This document shows positions 1-12,681 of a DNA stretch of 64,000 bases, piece after piece (the first letter of the stretch is position 1; every line of letters starts with the position of its first letter). This stretch comes from Entomortierella parvispora E1425 (taxonomy: Eukaryota; Fungi; Mortierellomycota): the NCBI GenBank assembly GCA_020891255.1, contig BQFW01000004.1:1860001-1924000 (forward strand), given 5' to 3'. Below the pieces are notes generated by a model. The model saw nothing but the letters and a program-made list of their open reading frames with translations, had not been told where the DNA came from and ran no database searches. Made by a program: the position numbers and the translations under genes.

Positions 1-5
1 AAAAA

Positions 6-767
6 ATGCATTCCTCATCCATGCTTAGCTTTGATCCGCACCATCATTCGGCCACTCCATTATTTCCACAGCCATCACCAACCATGTCATTATCAATATC
101 AGATACAGCTGCGAACGTCGCTACTTCTTGTTTGTCCCCTAAAGCTGACGCTGCTACCGCTGACACAGACTCCAATATCACCACAGTAGCTTCGCTGCGC
201 CCAGAAGAGATCGAGTATTTCAAGAAACATTACCCAGACTATGACGAAGAAGAGTCCGAGTTCCCGCTTTGGATCGATGGGGTCGACACTACCTACGCTC
301 CTTTTATCCCAACATCGACTCGCCGTGTCCTTGTAGCCCTGGAGATGGCCCATATAAACTCTACGGATCGAGTACTGGACGTTGGATCAGGGGATGGCCG
401 CTTTTGTTACGCAGCCGTGTCATTTTTCGGCGCCCAAAAGGCCATTGGTATCGAATACGAGCAGGATCTGGTTGACAAGTCAACAGAATTAGCCCAGGGT
501 TTGGTCAACGAAGGAAAGATTACATTCTTGCAAGCGGATCTGACCAACTGGCGGGAATCATCCACGATGTTGTCCAAGGAGTGGACCGTGATCATTGTCT
601 TTCTCTCACCAGAGGGTGGCTCCGATATGGAAGAATGGTTGATTCAGGAGTTTGAGCGCGGTGTAAGGATTGTGGCTTTGGTGTTTGATCTCAAGCATCT
701 GAAAGGCTTGCATTGTAGTGTAGAGGATTCCCAAGAAGGAATATGGATCTATGAGAAAAAGCCGTAG
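6..767 (+). CDS. Class I SAM-dependent methyltransferase, FAM173/ATPSCKMT-like; single exon, 253 aa (start could be a downstream ATG)
   Basis: Motif I VLDVGSGDGRF, post-I GIEYE, TFLQADL, and upstream APFIPT motif resembling FAM173-family PFVPAT. Confidence 0.75.
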   Translation: MHSSSMLSFDPHHHSATPLFPQPSPTMSLSISDTAANVATSCLSPKADAATADTDSNITTVASLRPEEIEYFKKHYPDYDEEESEFPLWIDGVDTTYAPFIPTSTRRVLVALEMAHINSTDRVLDVGSGDGRFCYAAVSFFGAQKAIGIEYEQDLVDKSTELAQGLVNEGKITFLQADLTNWRESSTMLSKEWTVIIVFLSPEGGSDMEEWLIQEFERGVRIVALVFDLKHLKGLHCSVEDSQEGIWIYEKKP

Positions 768-1444
768 GCAACGCTAGTCCATGAAAGCACGAGTCTCCGG
801 GTCAGCAGGCCACCAAAATTTCTTTGAGGAAGATCTCAAAGTCGACAGATAGACCATGGTAGCACACAACATAAAATGGCCAAGAAAACAGCAAACTCAA
901 TTTTTGAGCAACGGGAGAACTCTTGCCTCTCATCCTTGAATCTGAAGGTTGTTCTGAGGCACCTTCCCTAGATCTACATCACATTTATCTGGCAAAAAGG
1001 ATGTTCTCTCTCTCTCCTTCTCTTTCTCTCTCTCCCAGCTCCCTCCTTTAGCTACGCAAGGATCGAATGTAGGGAATTCAAACATATCTCACGCCGTTTC
1101 CTTAGACCATATTTTTTCGACGCGTGGAAGAGAACTGTGGAAATGGACGAGCGGCGTTTTGAGGCCTTTTTTTTTATGCTTCAGCTCACAGGACCCAAAA
1201 TGAACAAGAAATGCAGCGATGCACGCGAGTTTGTTGCCCTGCCTTGCGAATAGAGCCATCCGTCAACCATGAATTGGTCCAACCTTCCTAGCCAAGAGAC
1301 GAATCGGGGATCACCCGGAAGTTAGACGGAGGGCGGCGCGGAACATGTGGGCCTTAAAAGGACATTGCACGTTCTGGAAAATAGCCACCCTTGTCTCTTC
1401 ATTCGCACCCATCCTCATTGCATCGTCGCATTCGCCAACTCGAC

Positions 1445-2915
1445 ATGAGCTCCTTTATTATCGAAACAGCTCTGGATTCAAGCAGCCCACATGAAATTCA
1501 TTTTATTGGACCAGCGAACGGTGAAGTCAAGCAGCAGGTGACGGGAAAGGTGAATCTTGTCGTCTTCAAACCAGTGCAGTTGAAACAGCTTTCTGTCGCG
1601 TTCTTGGGAGAAGGTAATCCAGCTCTCTTGCCCCCTCCTCCTCTCTACCTTCCTCTCACATACACACAACATTCTTGTAGACTGAGTGTTCAAGGCCACT
1701 GACTGTTATTTGCTTTGCAATTGCTCAGTCACCGTTGACTACCCCACCTTGGTTGTGGTAGCCAGGAGCGACCCTGTTCCAATTAGCAAAGTGGATTTCA
1801 ACGCCATTGATACACCCACTCAGTACAAACCAGGCACCTATTCCTACCCATTCACGTTATCTCTCCCCAGCGACTTGCCTACGACCGAGAGCGCGAAACT
1901 AAAGGATGGATCCATCTGCTGGAAGTACGAAATTCAAACGTGCGCTGTACCTACTGGATTATTTCTGCGCCGTAAAATGATTCGTGAAGAAGTGACACTG
2001 AGGCGATTCCATGTTGCGCCTTCCGACAGCGCAAACATGAAGTGCACAGGCAAGCGCAAAGATCTTTTTGAGTGCTCACTCGATGGACCGAAGTTTATCA
2101 CCATTCAAGACCACAGGGTGAGAGTGAACGCGTTTTTGCACCCATATTCCAGCCAGTACAAAGTCAAGGACCTTGAGGCCTCCATCACTCAGACAGAGAC
2201 CGTACGATTCGCCTCCAAAGAGGCTGAAAGTTCTCTTCGGAATATTCGCAACCTGTAATTGTGTTCATCCAACTCTTTCTTTACACAAGACGATGCTACC
2301 TATGGAAACTTCTAACCCTGTGTCTTTATCTCTTTCAACCTCCGTCCAACACATACGTATAGTGCTCCTTCGCAAACAGACGAATTGTTACGACAACAAA
2401 AGGACGCCTCGCCGCTGCTGGTCAATACGAACGTCGCAAAGCCGATCAGCAATGTTGTCAAGGTCCTTCACCCTGATCAGGAGGAGTTCTCAACAGCCTG
2501 GGGACGTGAACATCCTGTGGAATTCGACCTCGAGCTTCTTCAGTCGGAGCTGCAGCCGAGTGAGGATATTGGCTGGCTACAGATCAAGCACGGCATTCGC
2601 ATCACTGTTAACTTTGTGGACCCAGCTGTGAAGAGCTTCTCAGTAGTTGCACCTCTTCAGATCGGCCGACCTCTAAGCCAAGAACTGTGGGCATTCCAAG
2701 CGCCTCCAAGCAATGATAGCCGACCTCCTGGCTATGGTGTCGACGACGATCAATCCATTCTTTTGGATGCAAACACTAGCAGAGTGATGCGCAATCAGCT
2801 TCATTATGAAGCCTATCCGGAAAGGGAGCCAGTTGTTCCTGACATGATGGATAGCCTGCCACCAATGTATGAGCATGAAGGGGATCAACCTGAACCTTAC
2901 TCGGAGGAAAAGTAA
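1445..2915 (+). CDS. Alpha-arrestin (arrestin N and C domains, PPxY tail); exons 1445-1613, 1729-2254, 2363-2915; about 415 aa
   Basis: VTGKVNLVVFKPVQLKQLSVAF, PGTYSYPFTLSLPSDLPTT, IKHGIRITVNF, PPGY and PPMY motifs; GT-AG introns join in frame (1248 nt). Confidence 0.85.
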
Positions 2916-4343
2916 TGTCGGCGCCGCCACCAGGTCGAGCTGATCCAGGGAAATCATCGTGCGGCCTTCTATTAAAAATAACCATAGTTTCGTTTCTATA
3001 CCCAATCCTATCAACAAAAACGTGGTGAATACAGCGGACTAACATCACTGATGAGCACTGTTTTCCGGACAATATTCCTTTCGGCTGATGCAAGTAAGAC
3101 CAGGAAATCGTCAACAAGACGGCGAGTACTTGAGCAAACCCCGGTTTGCACAATGCGAACCGTAGTTAATACGGAACAAAGTTGATGCTCTTCCAATTTC
3201 CATGTCGCGTCCCCGGGTTACGCCCTGAGGGAGAAGAGAGTTGAGAGAGGAGAAATAAGAGAAGAAGTGGATGGGGTGAACAGCGTAGAAGCGACACTGC
3301 AGAGTGGAAGGTGGACTGGCAAGGGTGTCACCTACTCCTCTATCCGACAACGTGTCAAAGTTGTCCCATCTGTGGTCATCCCTCGCCACCTGCGTGCGCG
3401 CACAACAAACCAGACATCCCGCGGAGAGACATGGTGGCAACAACAATAAAAAAAAGTCATGAATCAGTATTCTTTGTACGCCTCCACGCGGAAAAGAAAA
3501 GTTTTTTCAAGTCGACAGCGGAATGCTGACCATGTGTGGTTGGGCTGAGAGCTCATACAACTTTTTTTTTTTTTTTTTTTTTTTTTTGACAGCGATGTTA
3601 CTTTTGGATATAAAGGAATTTGATACCAGGCGTATGTCGACTGACCATGAAAATTGAAGACCCTGGGCAGCAGTTATGACCTCACGATGCAGCTGTCTAT
3701 CTTGGTCAATTGTGACCTGGCAAGTGGGGCAAAGTCGTTTATGAAAACGTTTTACCGCAGCTTGCATCGTCATCGGGATAGGAAAGAGATCCTAAGCTGG
3801 ATTCCCAATACGATGGCAAGAACCGACAAGATGACACGACCAAGGATCGAAGACCACCGACTAGGAAGATAGGGGAAGAGGAAAAGGCGATGCACTTGGC
3901 CGTTACGCTGGTGATCAGGTGCCTCGGAGCTGTGAAAATTGATTTTGAGAACGCCTTCCTCACTCCTTCAAATCCGAATTGGATCCAATGCTCACACTAA
4001 AAGAAAGGGAAGCTGGGAGGAGGAGGGTGGGGAGGGGTCTCCACTCTCTTCTTTGATCCCGATCGAGAGAGCAGATGCAGGAGAGACCTCTCAATTGGGG
4101 AGAGCTCTGCCCTCCCATGTTTTTCGTCACTTTCGTTTACTTTGCCACCTCTGCCATTTTTTTCCTGCGCCGCGACCAGACTGAATATAAAAGGTTCTCT
4201 CTATTCCCTGGCGATTTTTCTTTTCTTTTTCATTCTCTCTCATCTATCCCCTTTTTTTCATCAGTCGGCCTTCTCCCTCTCAATTGCTGTATCTTTTCCT
4301 CCCAGTCCACCGCTCTCCTTTCATATCTTCATCAATTTTTGCT

Positions 4344-5877
4344 ATGGGTTTTACATTCGACATCGAGTTGAACACTGCCGAACCATTCCAGGTTCTGCTT
4401 GACCTTCACCAGAAGCGCGTACAAACTATCAGCGGAGCCATCGTGTTCCAGTTGGACAGTCCAGAGACGTTCAAGGTGGCCACCATCTCCATTGTTGGCA
4501 ACAGTAAGTTTTTTTTGAGCCAAATTAGCTGGCTCTCATGAGCTCCCTTCAATCGCCGCCTACATTCATTTACGCGATTTGTTTTCTTTCTCCTTCTCTC
4601 AAACCAGTCGGCGTTGCTTTGAACATTGATTCAGCGAAACATAACATTGTCCGTGAGCGCCTTGTGGAAACGACTGTCGATTTGATCGCCGCCAACGATA
4701 CCGAGGGCCATGGGACTATTCATTTTGACGAGTCCGGGAGACAAAGATTGCCATTCCGTATTGATATCCCACGCCCAGCGGAGTTGCCCCCAACCCTCTT
4801 GAACAAACTTGATACCCACTACATCGACTGGAAGTACGAGATTGTGGCAACAGTTCAGCGAGACTTTATCTTGTCGACCTCCAAAACGGTCAAACATGAC
4901 TTGGCAGTTCAGAGACCCATGACGAGCCTTGGTCCTAAAGAGCCAACCGTCACGGCCTCAACAGACTTGCCAGGCGACTTCCGAAGCAAAGTCACCAGCC
5001 CCTCCAGGATTGCTCTCGGGCAGGATCAACTCAAGGTCCTTGTCGAGACGAAGGCTCGTAACAAGGGCTTTATGATCAAGGAAGTCGACTGCGCCATCGT
5101 TCAGACAGAGGATATTCGATACAAGACAAGATACCCTCACGCCAATGTCCCAAATGCGTAAGTGTCTTTTTCCTTCGATGCATCCTTTCCTTTCCCTTTC
5201 CTTTTGATCCTCTTTCCGTTCAATTCAACGTGTGGTTGGCAATTGGGAAAAAAAAGGGAGCAAGGGGAGGAGATTTAAATTGGCTAGCCCTTGCTGCAGC
5301 CTTGCCTGTGTGCCATTGGGTTTATTGCCGCATGACCCTAAATTTCTTAATTGGGCCGAGACGCAATCCATCGCCCATTTTTTTATCGCTCTCTCTCTCA
5401 TCTTTCTGGGTTTTACTCACGCTCTCTGTAATTTTTTTTTTGTTATTTTGCAGGCACGAGCCCGGTGTTCTTTGTGCAGTGAACGCATCTAGACTCGTCT
5501 CCTCCATCAAAAAGGTGTCTAACGATGACAATGACCTGGACTTTGGACGACACAAACCACTCGAGTTGGACCTCCATCTGGACAACTTTCAATTGATCCC
5601 CACAGAGCGCGGTATGAGCTGGCTTGAGATCTCTCACATTCTCCGGTTCACGGTCCATTTCATGGATGTAAACTTGGAATCGATTGTCGTTGAGTTGCCT
5701 CTCTTTGTCGATCATGAACCAACACCAAGTTCGATCGCGGAAGCAGAGGCGGTCGCCGCTGCAGAGGCCGCAGCCTCGGTAGCAGCCGAAAAGGGGGCCT
5801 CAGCCAAGAAATCTTCTGCCTTGAAAATGTTCGAGTCTTTGACACTGTCTAACTCGACTGTGTCTCCAGTTTCTTGA
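4344..5877 (+). CDS. Alpha-arrestin paralog; exons 4344-4503, 4608-5157, 5454-5877; about 377 aa
   Basis: ISGAIVFQL, LPFRIDIPRPAELPPT, IDWKYEIVA, LEISHILRFTVHF; GTAAGT donors and YAG acceptors give a continuous frame (1134 nt). Confidence 0.85.
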
Positions 5878-6930
5878 GAGGAATAAGGCAGTGCTCCTTC
5901 TCTCCTCTCTCTCTCTTTCCCTTTTTGATTTTTTTGCTGTTTTTTTTGTTTGTTGTAGTTTTTGTCGCGTTTCTTGCTTTTTTTTCCTTTCCGCTCATTT
6001 CAAAATCAAAATATCTCAATACCTCTCTTTACACCACTCGAACAATAAAATAAAACAAGACGGCCCTGCTGGGCAGAGTCAACCCCAATATAGTAACGTA
6101 CTTGAGAGGTGCTTGCGCTGGAGATGAGAAAAGCAAATTCCGAGGAGAAGATTGATTTTTTTCGATCGATCGCCGCGCTTGAGAGCAGTGTTTGCATTTC
6201 ATATCCTCGGGCTTTCTTTGACAGGGCACGCAGTTGCTTAAGTCGCACCAAAGAGTGACACAAACATCCCTCGCGCAAGCAAAGTAGTCCTTGTTAACTG
6301 CTTCTCAAGACAGCGTTCGTGATCTCATACCACCTCATCGACTATTCTCATAATAGGCGATCGTGTCAACACAATCTCCACTTCCAAATACTTGATCAGA
6401 TAAGAGACGCGTCCTAGACAGTACCATCTTCTTGCTTTCTGTTGTGAAGCGGGTGTTGAAAGACAACAAAGGTGCGATCGTGTGTCTGCCTGAAGGTTCT
6501 GATTTCATCTTTTTTTTCTCTTCTTTTTCTTCCTTTACTATCTCTCTCTCTCTCTCTTTCTTTGTTGCCGAAGCGCTATGCTGGGATCGCAGGAGAGGAA
6601 AAGGATGAACAAGAATAGCACTTGAACGAAGCTCAGGATGACTGACAGACTAGTGCCTCCAGGTTCTTTCACAACAAGTATGAAGACCGTCTGCCGCTTT
6701 TTCTGAAATTTTCTCTCCGACAATTTGCACAAGAAACATTTTGCTCTGGTACATGCAATTTGTGCGAAAAAAATCGAGAACTATGTTCATGATATCTCGC
6801 CATCCCCAAAAGCAATCTTCGATCTGAAGAGCTTTCTGAGATCTAAAGAGCGGGATCTACTTGAATACGGGTCCCAAAATGGCGAAAAGAGCCCGTAGTA
6901 CTTTGTCAGAAAGTGGCCAATAGTCATGGG

Positions 6931-6940
6931 TATATAAATA
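6931..6940 (+). promoter_or_regulatory. TATA-like element upstream of the tRNA gene
   Basis: TATATAAATA lies 38-47 nt 5' of the mature tRNA start. Confidence 0.4.
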
Positions 6941-6977
6941 CACAGAAACATCATCATTCAAACAGCTTCAAAGCCTA

Positions 6978-7050
6978 GCCCGGTTAGCTCAATCGGTAGA
7001 GCGTCAGACTCTTAATCTGAAGGTTGTGGGTTCGACCCCCACATTGGGCG
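6978..7050 (+). tRNA. tRNA-Lys, anticodon CTT, 73 nt, intronless
   Basis: Full cloverleaf: acceptor GCCCGGT/ATTGGGC, D arm GCTC/GAGC, anticodon arm TCAGA-CT-CTT-AA-TCTGA, T arm GTGGG-TTCGACC-CCCAC; followed by a TTTT Pol III terminator. Confidence 0.98.
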
Positions 7051-7400
7051 CTTTTGCTTTTGCCTCTCCGGGGTTGGCCCCAGGTTCCCAGCTTTTTGCT
7101 CCCAAGGTCTCTCGATGCCAGTTGTGATCTTGGTGTGTGAGAGTGTGAGTCCGTTGAAACTGAGTGGTCCGCCCTCTTCTTGTGCGACCTACAGATCACA
7201 TGGCCGTCACAGTCATTTTTTGCTTGGCCCAACCCCAAGATGGATGAGCTTGCTTCCCCATGGAATGCTCTCATCCGTCGACTTCTCTCTTATTTCTTCA
7301 TTGTCGCCCAACCTCACTTTGAACTCTCATAAACCCTGCAAATCCACGTTGCACTACGTCTTGACTACAACTACATCCACCAACCACGATTCCGCTGGAC

Positions 7401-9321
7401 ATGCCTCGGCAGAGCGCATTCCCTTCATCTCATCACACACGCCTGCTCTTTCTTGGCCTCCTGGTCCTCCTCCTCGACCTTGTCTGGCTCTCCAGTGCGT
7501 TCCCATTCTCTTCCTACCTTAGACCATCAAAGCCGCAGAGGACGGAACCACCCCCAATACAACAGGACCAGCAGCAGCTTGTGTTTGATTCACACCGTCC
7601 CCACAGGCATCAGCAACAACCTCATGTTCCGTTACAAAAACCAGACGAATTCTTGACCCTTCGCCATGTCCTCCACAGAGGCGGTCACCGATACCCAGGG
7701 CTCTCTCGTCGATTGGATCTCTCGCCTATGGATATTCTCTTGACAGAACTCTTGACAGGAGAATCGCTGACCCACCGAGTCAAGGTCAAGACCACCACGA
7801 CCCTTCGCCCTCGAACAAAAGACGACGACCAAGAAACGAAAGAAGGTGCCATGGGATGGTGGAGGAAGAAGCAGAAAAAGTCAAAAGCCCCCAGGTTCCG
7901 TGATCAGGGCTTTCGATCTTTTGGATTGATGGAGGATCAATCCTTCGGGCCCGAGTCCTGGAGGAGAGAGGTCATTGATGCACCAGACACTACGGACAAG
8001 GAAACGATCGTGCAGCTGTCAAAGATGAACTACAACTCTTACACGGAGGTCGCTAGCCCTGGCTGGTATGACCTCGAAGGAAACTGGAGTGTGGTGAGTA
8101 CAAACAGGAGAGGCGAACTGAAGTAGTTCACAGCCAATTGACCAGAACATGTGGCCAATACCCGTTCTTGTTCGTCTCTTGCATTCTTGCTCCTCTGAGG
8201 CTGACTGATTTTATTTTTTGTGTTCGTTTTAGAATTCAACTTTTGGATGGGAGGAGGATGGTGTCAGGGGTCATGTGTTCGTATCAGCAGATAACTCGAC
8301 CCTCATTGTCGCCATCAAGGGCACTTCAGCCGCCATTCTTGGAGGAGGTGGTGGCACAGCGGCGCGCGACAAGATTAATGTAAGGCGACAGAAAATCCTC
8401 TTCCATTGCAAAAGACAACATATTTGCAGATCGAGAGTAGCCTGTGCATGGACTCAATTTTTTTTTTTTTTGTTGTTATCACAAACAACTTTAGGACAAT
8501 CTGTTGTTTTCTTGCTGTTGTGCCAAGGTCGATCGGACATGGAGAGGCGTGTGTAACTGTAATACAGGAGGCTACAAATGCGATCAAAAATGCATCGAGG
8601 ACAGCGTCAACTCGGACGACGTTTACTACAACATCGCCATGGTACATTATTTGATCTCTTCACATTCCAGTCAGCATCGACCACTTGGAGCAACTTTGGT
8701 GATCTAACGTCCTTTTTTTGTTCATCGTTCGTTACTGACTTTATTAAAATTCTTGGATCTGTAGGGCATTCTTTGGACGGTACAGGATATGTACCCGGAA
8801 ACAAATGTCTGGCTAACAGGACACAGTCTCGGAGGCGGATTGAGTTCTCTCTTGGGCCTGACCTTTGGCGTACCTACTGTTACATTCGAAACACCGGGCG
8901 ATCGACTGGCTGCACAGCGGTTGCATCTTCCAGGACCACCCGCCATCAATTGGGACGAGTTTCCATTGTTCCATGTGGGTCATACGGCCGATCCCATTTT
9001 CCAAGGAGTGTGCAACGGACCCCGAAGCGCATGCTATTACTCTGGGTTCGCGCTGGAAAGGTAAAAAGCCATTCATGATGACAAAAAAAAAAAAAGAGAT
9101 TGCACAATGGCTCATTTCAAATCTTTCTTTTTCCCTCAAATAGCAAATGTCATACGGGAAGAACATGTGTGTATGACCCTGTTGGCGAAGATAATTGGAA
9201 AGTAGATATCCGGACCCATCGGCTCTTTGACACGATCGAGGGCGTGCTGAAGGTCAAGGACGTTCCTGTCTGCAAACAAGAGACAGAGTGCGTAGACTGC
9301 GGAATGTGGCAGTACATGTAG
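7401..9321 (+). CDS. ATG15: Atg15-like vacuolar lipase (class 3); exons 7401-8093, 8233-8379, 8495-8641, 8765-9060, 9144-9321
   Basis: N-terminal hydrophobic anchor, [44 protein letters not shown] (GxSxG), [16 protein letters not shown]; all introns GT-AG and in phase. Confidence 0.93.
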
Positions 9322-9389
9322 TGGTAGACTTTAGAGGCAATCATATATCCATCGCGTGCTATATTTAAGTAATATACATAGGCATCTCT

Positions 9390-12300
9390 TTATGAGATGA
9401 GCTCGGCAATCATCAAAAACTCTTGTGCGCGTTGCTGAACATCAAGATGCATGGGCATATTGCATCCCGAGATACACTTTGCGCTGTGGAGATTAAGGAC
9501 CTGGCCAGCAACTACGCCTCGGATCGTGGCTGGTACAGCATTAGGTGCAGTTTTGAGAGCCGTCTTTGTCAGCGCTGTCAAGACTAGCGCTTGTGTAGAT
9601 GGGTCTATTGAATATATGGTCAGGGGAAGTATCCTATAATCAGTATCGACGCTCCCCAGTAGAAAATGTTCAGATAATCCCACTTTGTTCTTTTTGGGTA
9701 CCTTGATTTGTCAACAGAGAGTGTCCAAGAGCCTCCATGATAGATACCATAGACACCTCTTCAGTCTCCTGTCCATACTCTCCTAGCACCCAAAATAAAA
9801 AATAGGCCAATGCAGGGGTTGCTGCCTTGTAGTCTTGAGCAGAAAGATAGGCGAGAGCCTTTTGGACGGCCAGCATTCGCAAATGAACTACATTCATGGC
9901 CGGACTCTTGGCACCTGGACGGAAGACCAAACGAGGAGTGTGTGAGGAGAGAGCGCGTATGATACCACCAATCCTCGTTGCGACTACCTACCTTTTTCAA
10001 GAACGAGCATGATCCTTTCGGCAGTCTGCATGGTCACAATAGAGCCACCTCGTCCTAGTAGATCCACCATCAAATCCAGATACTTTTCTTCAGAAGTGCC
10101 GAACCTTTCTGCGGCGTCCAAGATTTGGCCCAGAATCTTCTCTCGGTAGCTTACGGGACCCTCTCGAACGACTCGTCTATGGTCATTTCCAAACAACTCT
10201 TGTGGCTCCTGTTCCCGGTTCTCGTCCTGCCCCTGGAAGAAGGCATGAACAAGCCTATCGATGATGTTCTCCGAGTTCTCGAGTGTCAGCATCCTGTAGA
10301 GCAATTCAAGGGCCCTGCGCTGAATTGTGGTATCTCTGCTTTCGAGAGCATCAACCACAGCGGCTAGGAGACTATCATTCCACCAGGCATCCGACCACGC
10401 ATTGGGGTGCACCTGGCACAGCATCGAGATCCCGAGATACTTGAGAATTTGATTCGAGGAAGTTGCAAACTTTGGTATGATCAAGAGCGGATTTCGACTT
10501 TTGTCCTTGAATTGGCAAAGCGTCAAGACAATCTCTGGATGGAAGCGATTGAGAGTTCGAATGATTTCAAACAAGATCCCTAGAGGAGCAGGAGGAGTAG
10601 CCCAAAGAATTCAATCGTTTTCGCGTGAGTAGTTTTGTTGGCTCTAGACTCCTGTTTTTCTGTTGAAAGTCTAAAGCGATTTTGGCTAGGCTCGTCCAAT
10701 GATCATCGCTATGCCAATGAGGGATCGTCTGGAAATGAAATTTCGAAGTGCTCTCTCTGGATTGGAGTTTGAATCGATCATATCAAAGATGTTCGTGCCC
10801 GCGCCAACAACACATGGCGTTCCAAACTGCCCGTATCTGCGAGACTCCGTCGAAGAAAAACAATGTATCTTCGGGGATGAAAAGGAGGATCTCGAGTCAA
10901 AAAGCAACAGCGAAAAAAGAGAACCATATCATATCTTTGCTCTTGTCTGGAGAGCGGTGAAGGCCATCTTGATCTCTGACTGCAAAACCACTGGCTCAAA
11001 GGAGCCCAGATGGAGCGTAGGACAGCAGCACAAAAAAAAAAAAAAAAAAAAAAAGAATCTTTACCAAAGGCGGCGTCAACTCCGTTCCTGGCCTTGTGGA
11101 ACGCTGCCATGACGACAGGGGTCATGACCGTGCTTGCACTTATGGAATGTAAAAAAAGAAAAAATTAAAAAAAAAGAGTTTCTCAGCAAATTTTGATCTC
11201 GCTCAAACCCGGTCTTCCAGCTCTGAGTCAGGAGAAGAAAAGCAGACGACTGGATAGGTGCCAGTTCATTCCCACGTTCACATTGTTCTCTGCATGTGTA
11301 CAAAGGTGTGATACTACGTACCTGAGATCCTGTTGGCCCAGTTGCGCCATGATCTGCAAGCATCGGATCTGGATCCAAGGAGCAGGGGTCCCGTGATACG
11401 AATAGCCTTTGGGCAATTTGCCCTCAATGACCTGCTGTAAGATGCGTACAAGGGCTGGCACAAGTGCTTTCATCTCTTGCGAATGATCCTTGACAGCCAG
11501 AGAAAAGAACCCTAGAGCTGCAGACATGACGCTTGGCTCAGGATCAAAGAGCGATTCGCGGATTTGGTCCAGATGCGGTACGATGAGGTTGGGTTGCTGA
11601 CTGTAAAAGTTTCTTAGTGCAATCAAGGCCCGTTTACGAACCGATTCACTATGATAATGGTAATAGAAAAATAACAAACAAGTCAGCAGGGGAAGAAGTA
11701 GCGCGTATCATGATCCATGATGGCAGTATGTCTCGCGGCATATGAACAGAAATATTAGCCATGAGCTTAGCACCAAGTTCAATTAGAAAATTCACGTACT
11801 GAGTATGGGTCAGGGCCACGAGTACATGGCTCACCATCGACGGAAGAATGTCAGGAAGTGTCATGTTACAGAGAGTCACCAATGCCACCACCACATGGTG
11901 ATAGTTGCTGCTGGTCAGATCCTGTTTTTTTAAAAAAAAATGTAACGCGAGGAAAAGGTTGTCAGCTTCTTCGTTTCTGCCATGTTCTAGTTTCAATACC
12001 AGCATCATTATGCATGGCGTTTCGAAACGCGTCAGTTGAATTGGGTTCGACTCTGTTGTCTAGACACTTCTGTACCTTTTGAAGAGTGTTCACCAACATG
12101 ATATTGAGTTCGTTGCCCTCGTGCAGCAGCAGATAGCACGCCAGATAACCTTGCAGGATGCATCATACAGAGGAAAAAAAGCGTTAGTAGAAAGATCCAA
12201 AGATCTTTTGCAAGAGGATGCTGCAAGGTCTCACACCTGCTCGCTTCTCGGAAACTTTTTGGCCGCTTTGTGCCAGCTGGAGGGCGTATATTGCTCCAAA

Positions 12301-12681
12301 CTGGACATCCAGACCCATCATGTCTCCATAGATTAGCCGCAGCATGTTCTCCTTCATAGTGGCCTGGCAGTAATAAGAAAGGGTGTTAACAAGATGATTT
12401 TTCCGAAGTTCAACAGACTCCAACCCCCTTGCACATTCTTGCATTGTCCGTCGGCTTACAGTCGCAATGTTTGGATTTGAAATACTCGACCTCAGTGCCT
12501 CAATGGACTCTTCAGAGAAAGCAGTGGCATCCTCAGCCTGGATCAAACAAAGAATGGAAGGTGAGTATCATTGCATTAAATATACAGTCTAGTTCATTGA
12601 GTTGCGACTCTTTACAGAACGCGCAGGCTCGGTATCCTGGGACCCCGTCAAAGTTGATAGCAGTTTGCGGGAGAAGTCCAT
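9390..12681 (-). CDS. AP4E1: AP-4 adaptor complex epsilon subunit, trunk (Adaptin_N) only; about 10 exons, roughly 620 aa
   Basis: Spliced translation gives MKENMLRLIYGDMMGLDVQFGAIYALQLAQSG, GYLACYLLLHEGNELNIMLVNTLQKDL and LPKGYSYHGTPAPWIQIRCLQIM, matching AP4E1-type motifs (MVRLIYCEMLG, YHSVPAPWLQI); stop TAA at 9390-9392. Confidence 0.85.

Noticed and set aside
3048-3095. CTGATGAG (hammerhead core or box C) with a downstream CTGA
   Set aside because: No stem II followed by GAAA; too short for a C/D snoRNA, and no recognisable rRNA guide or terminal stem.
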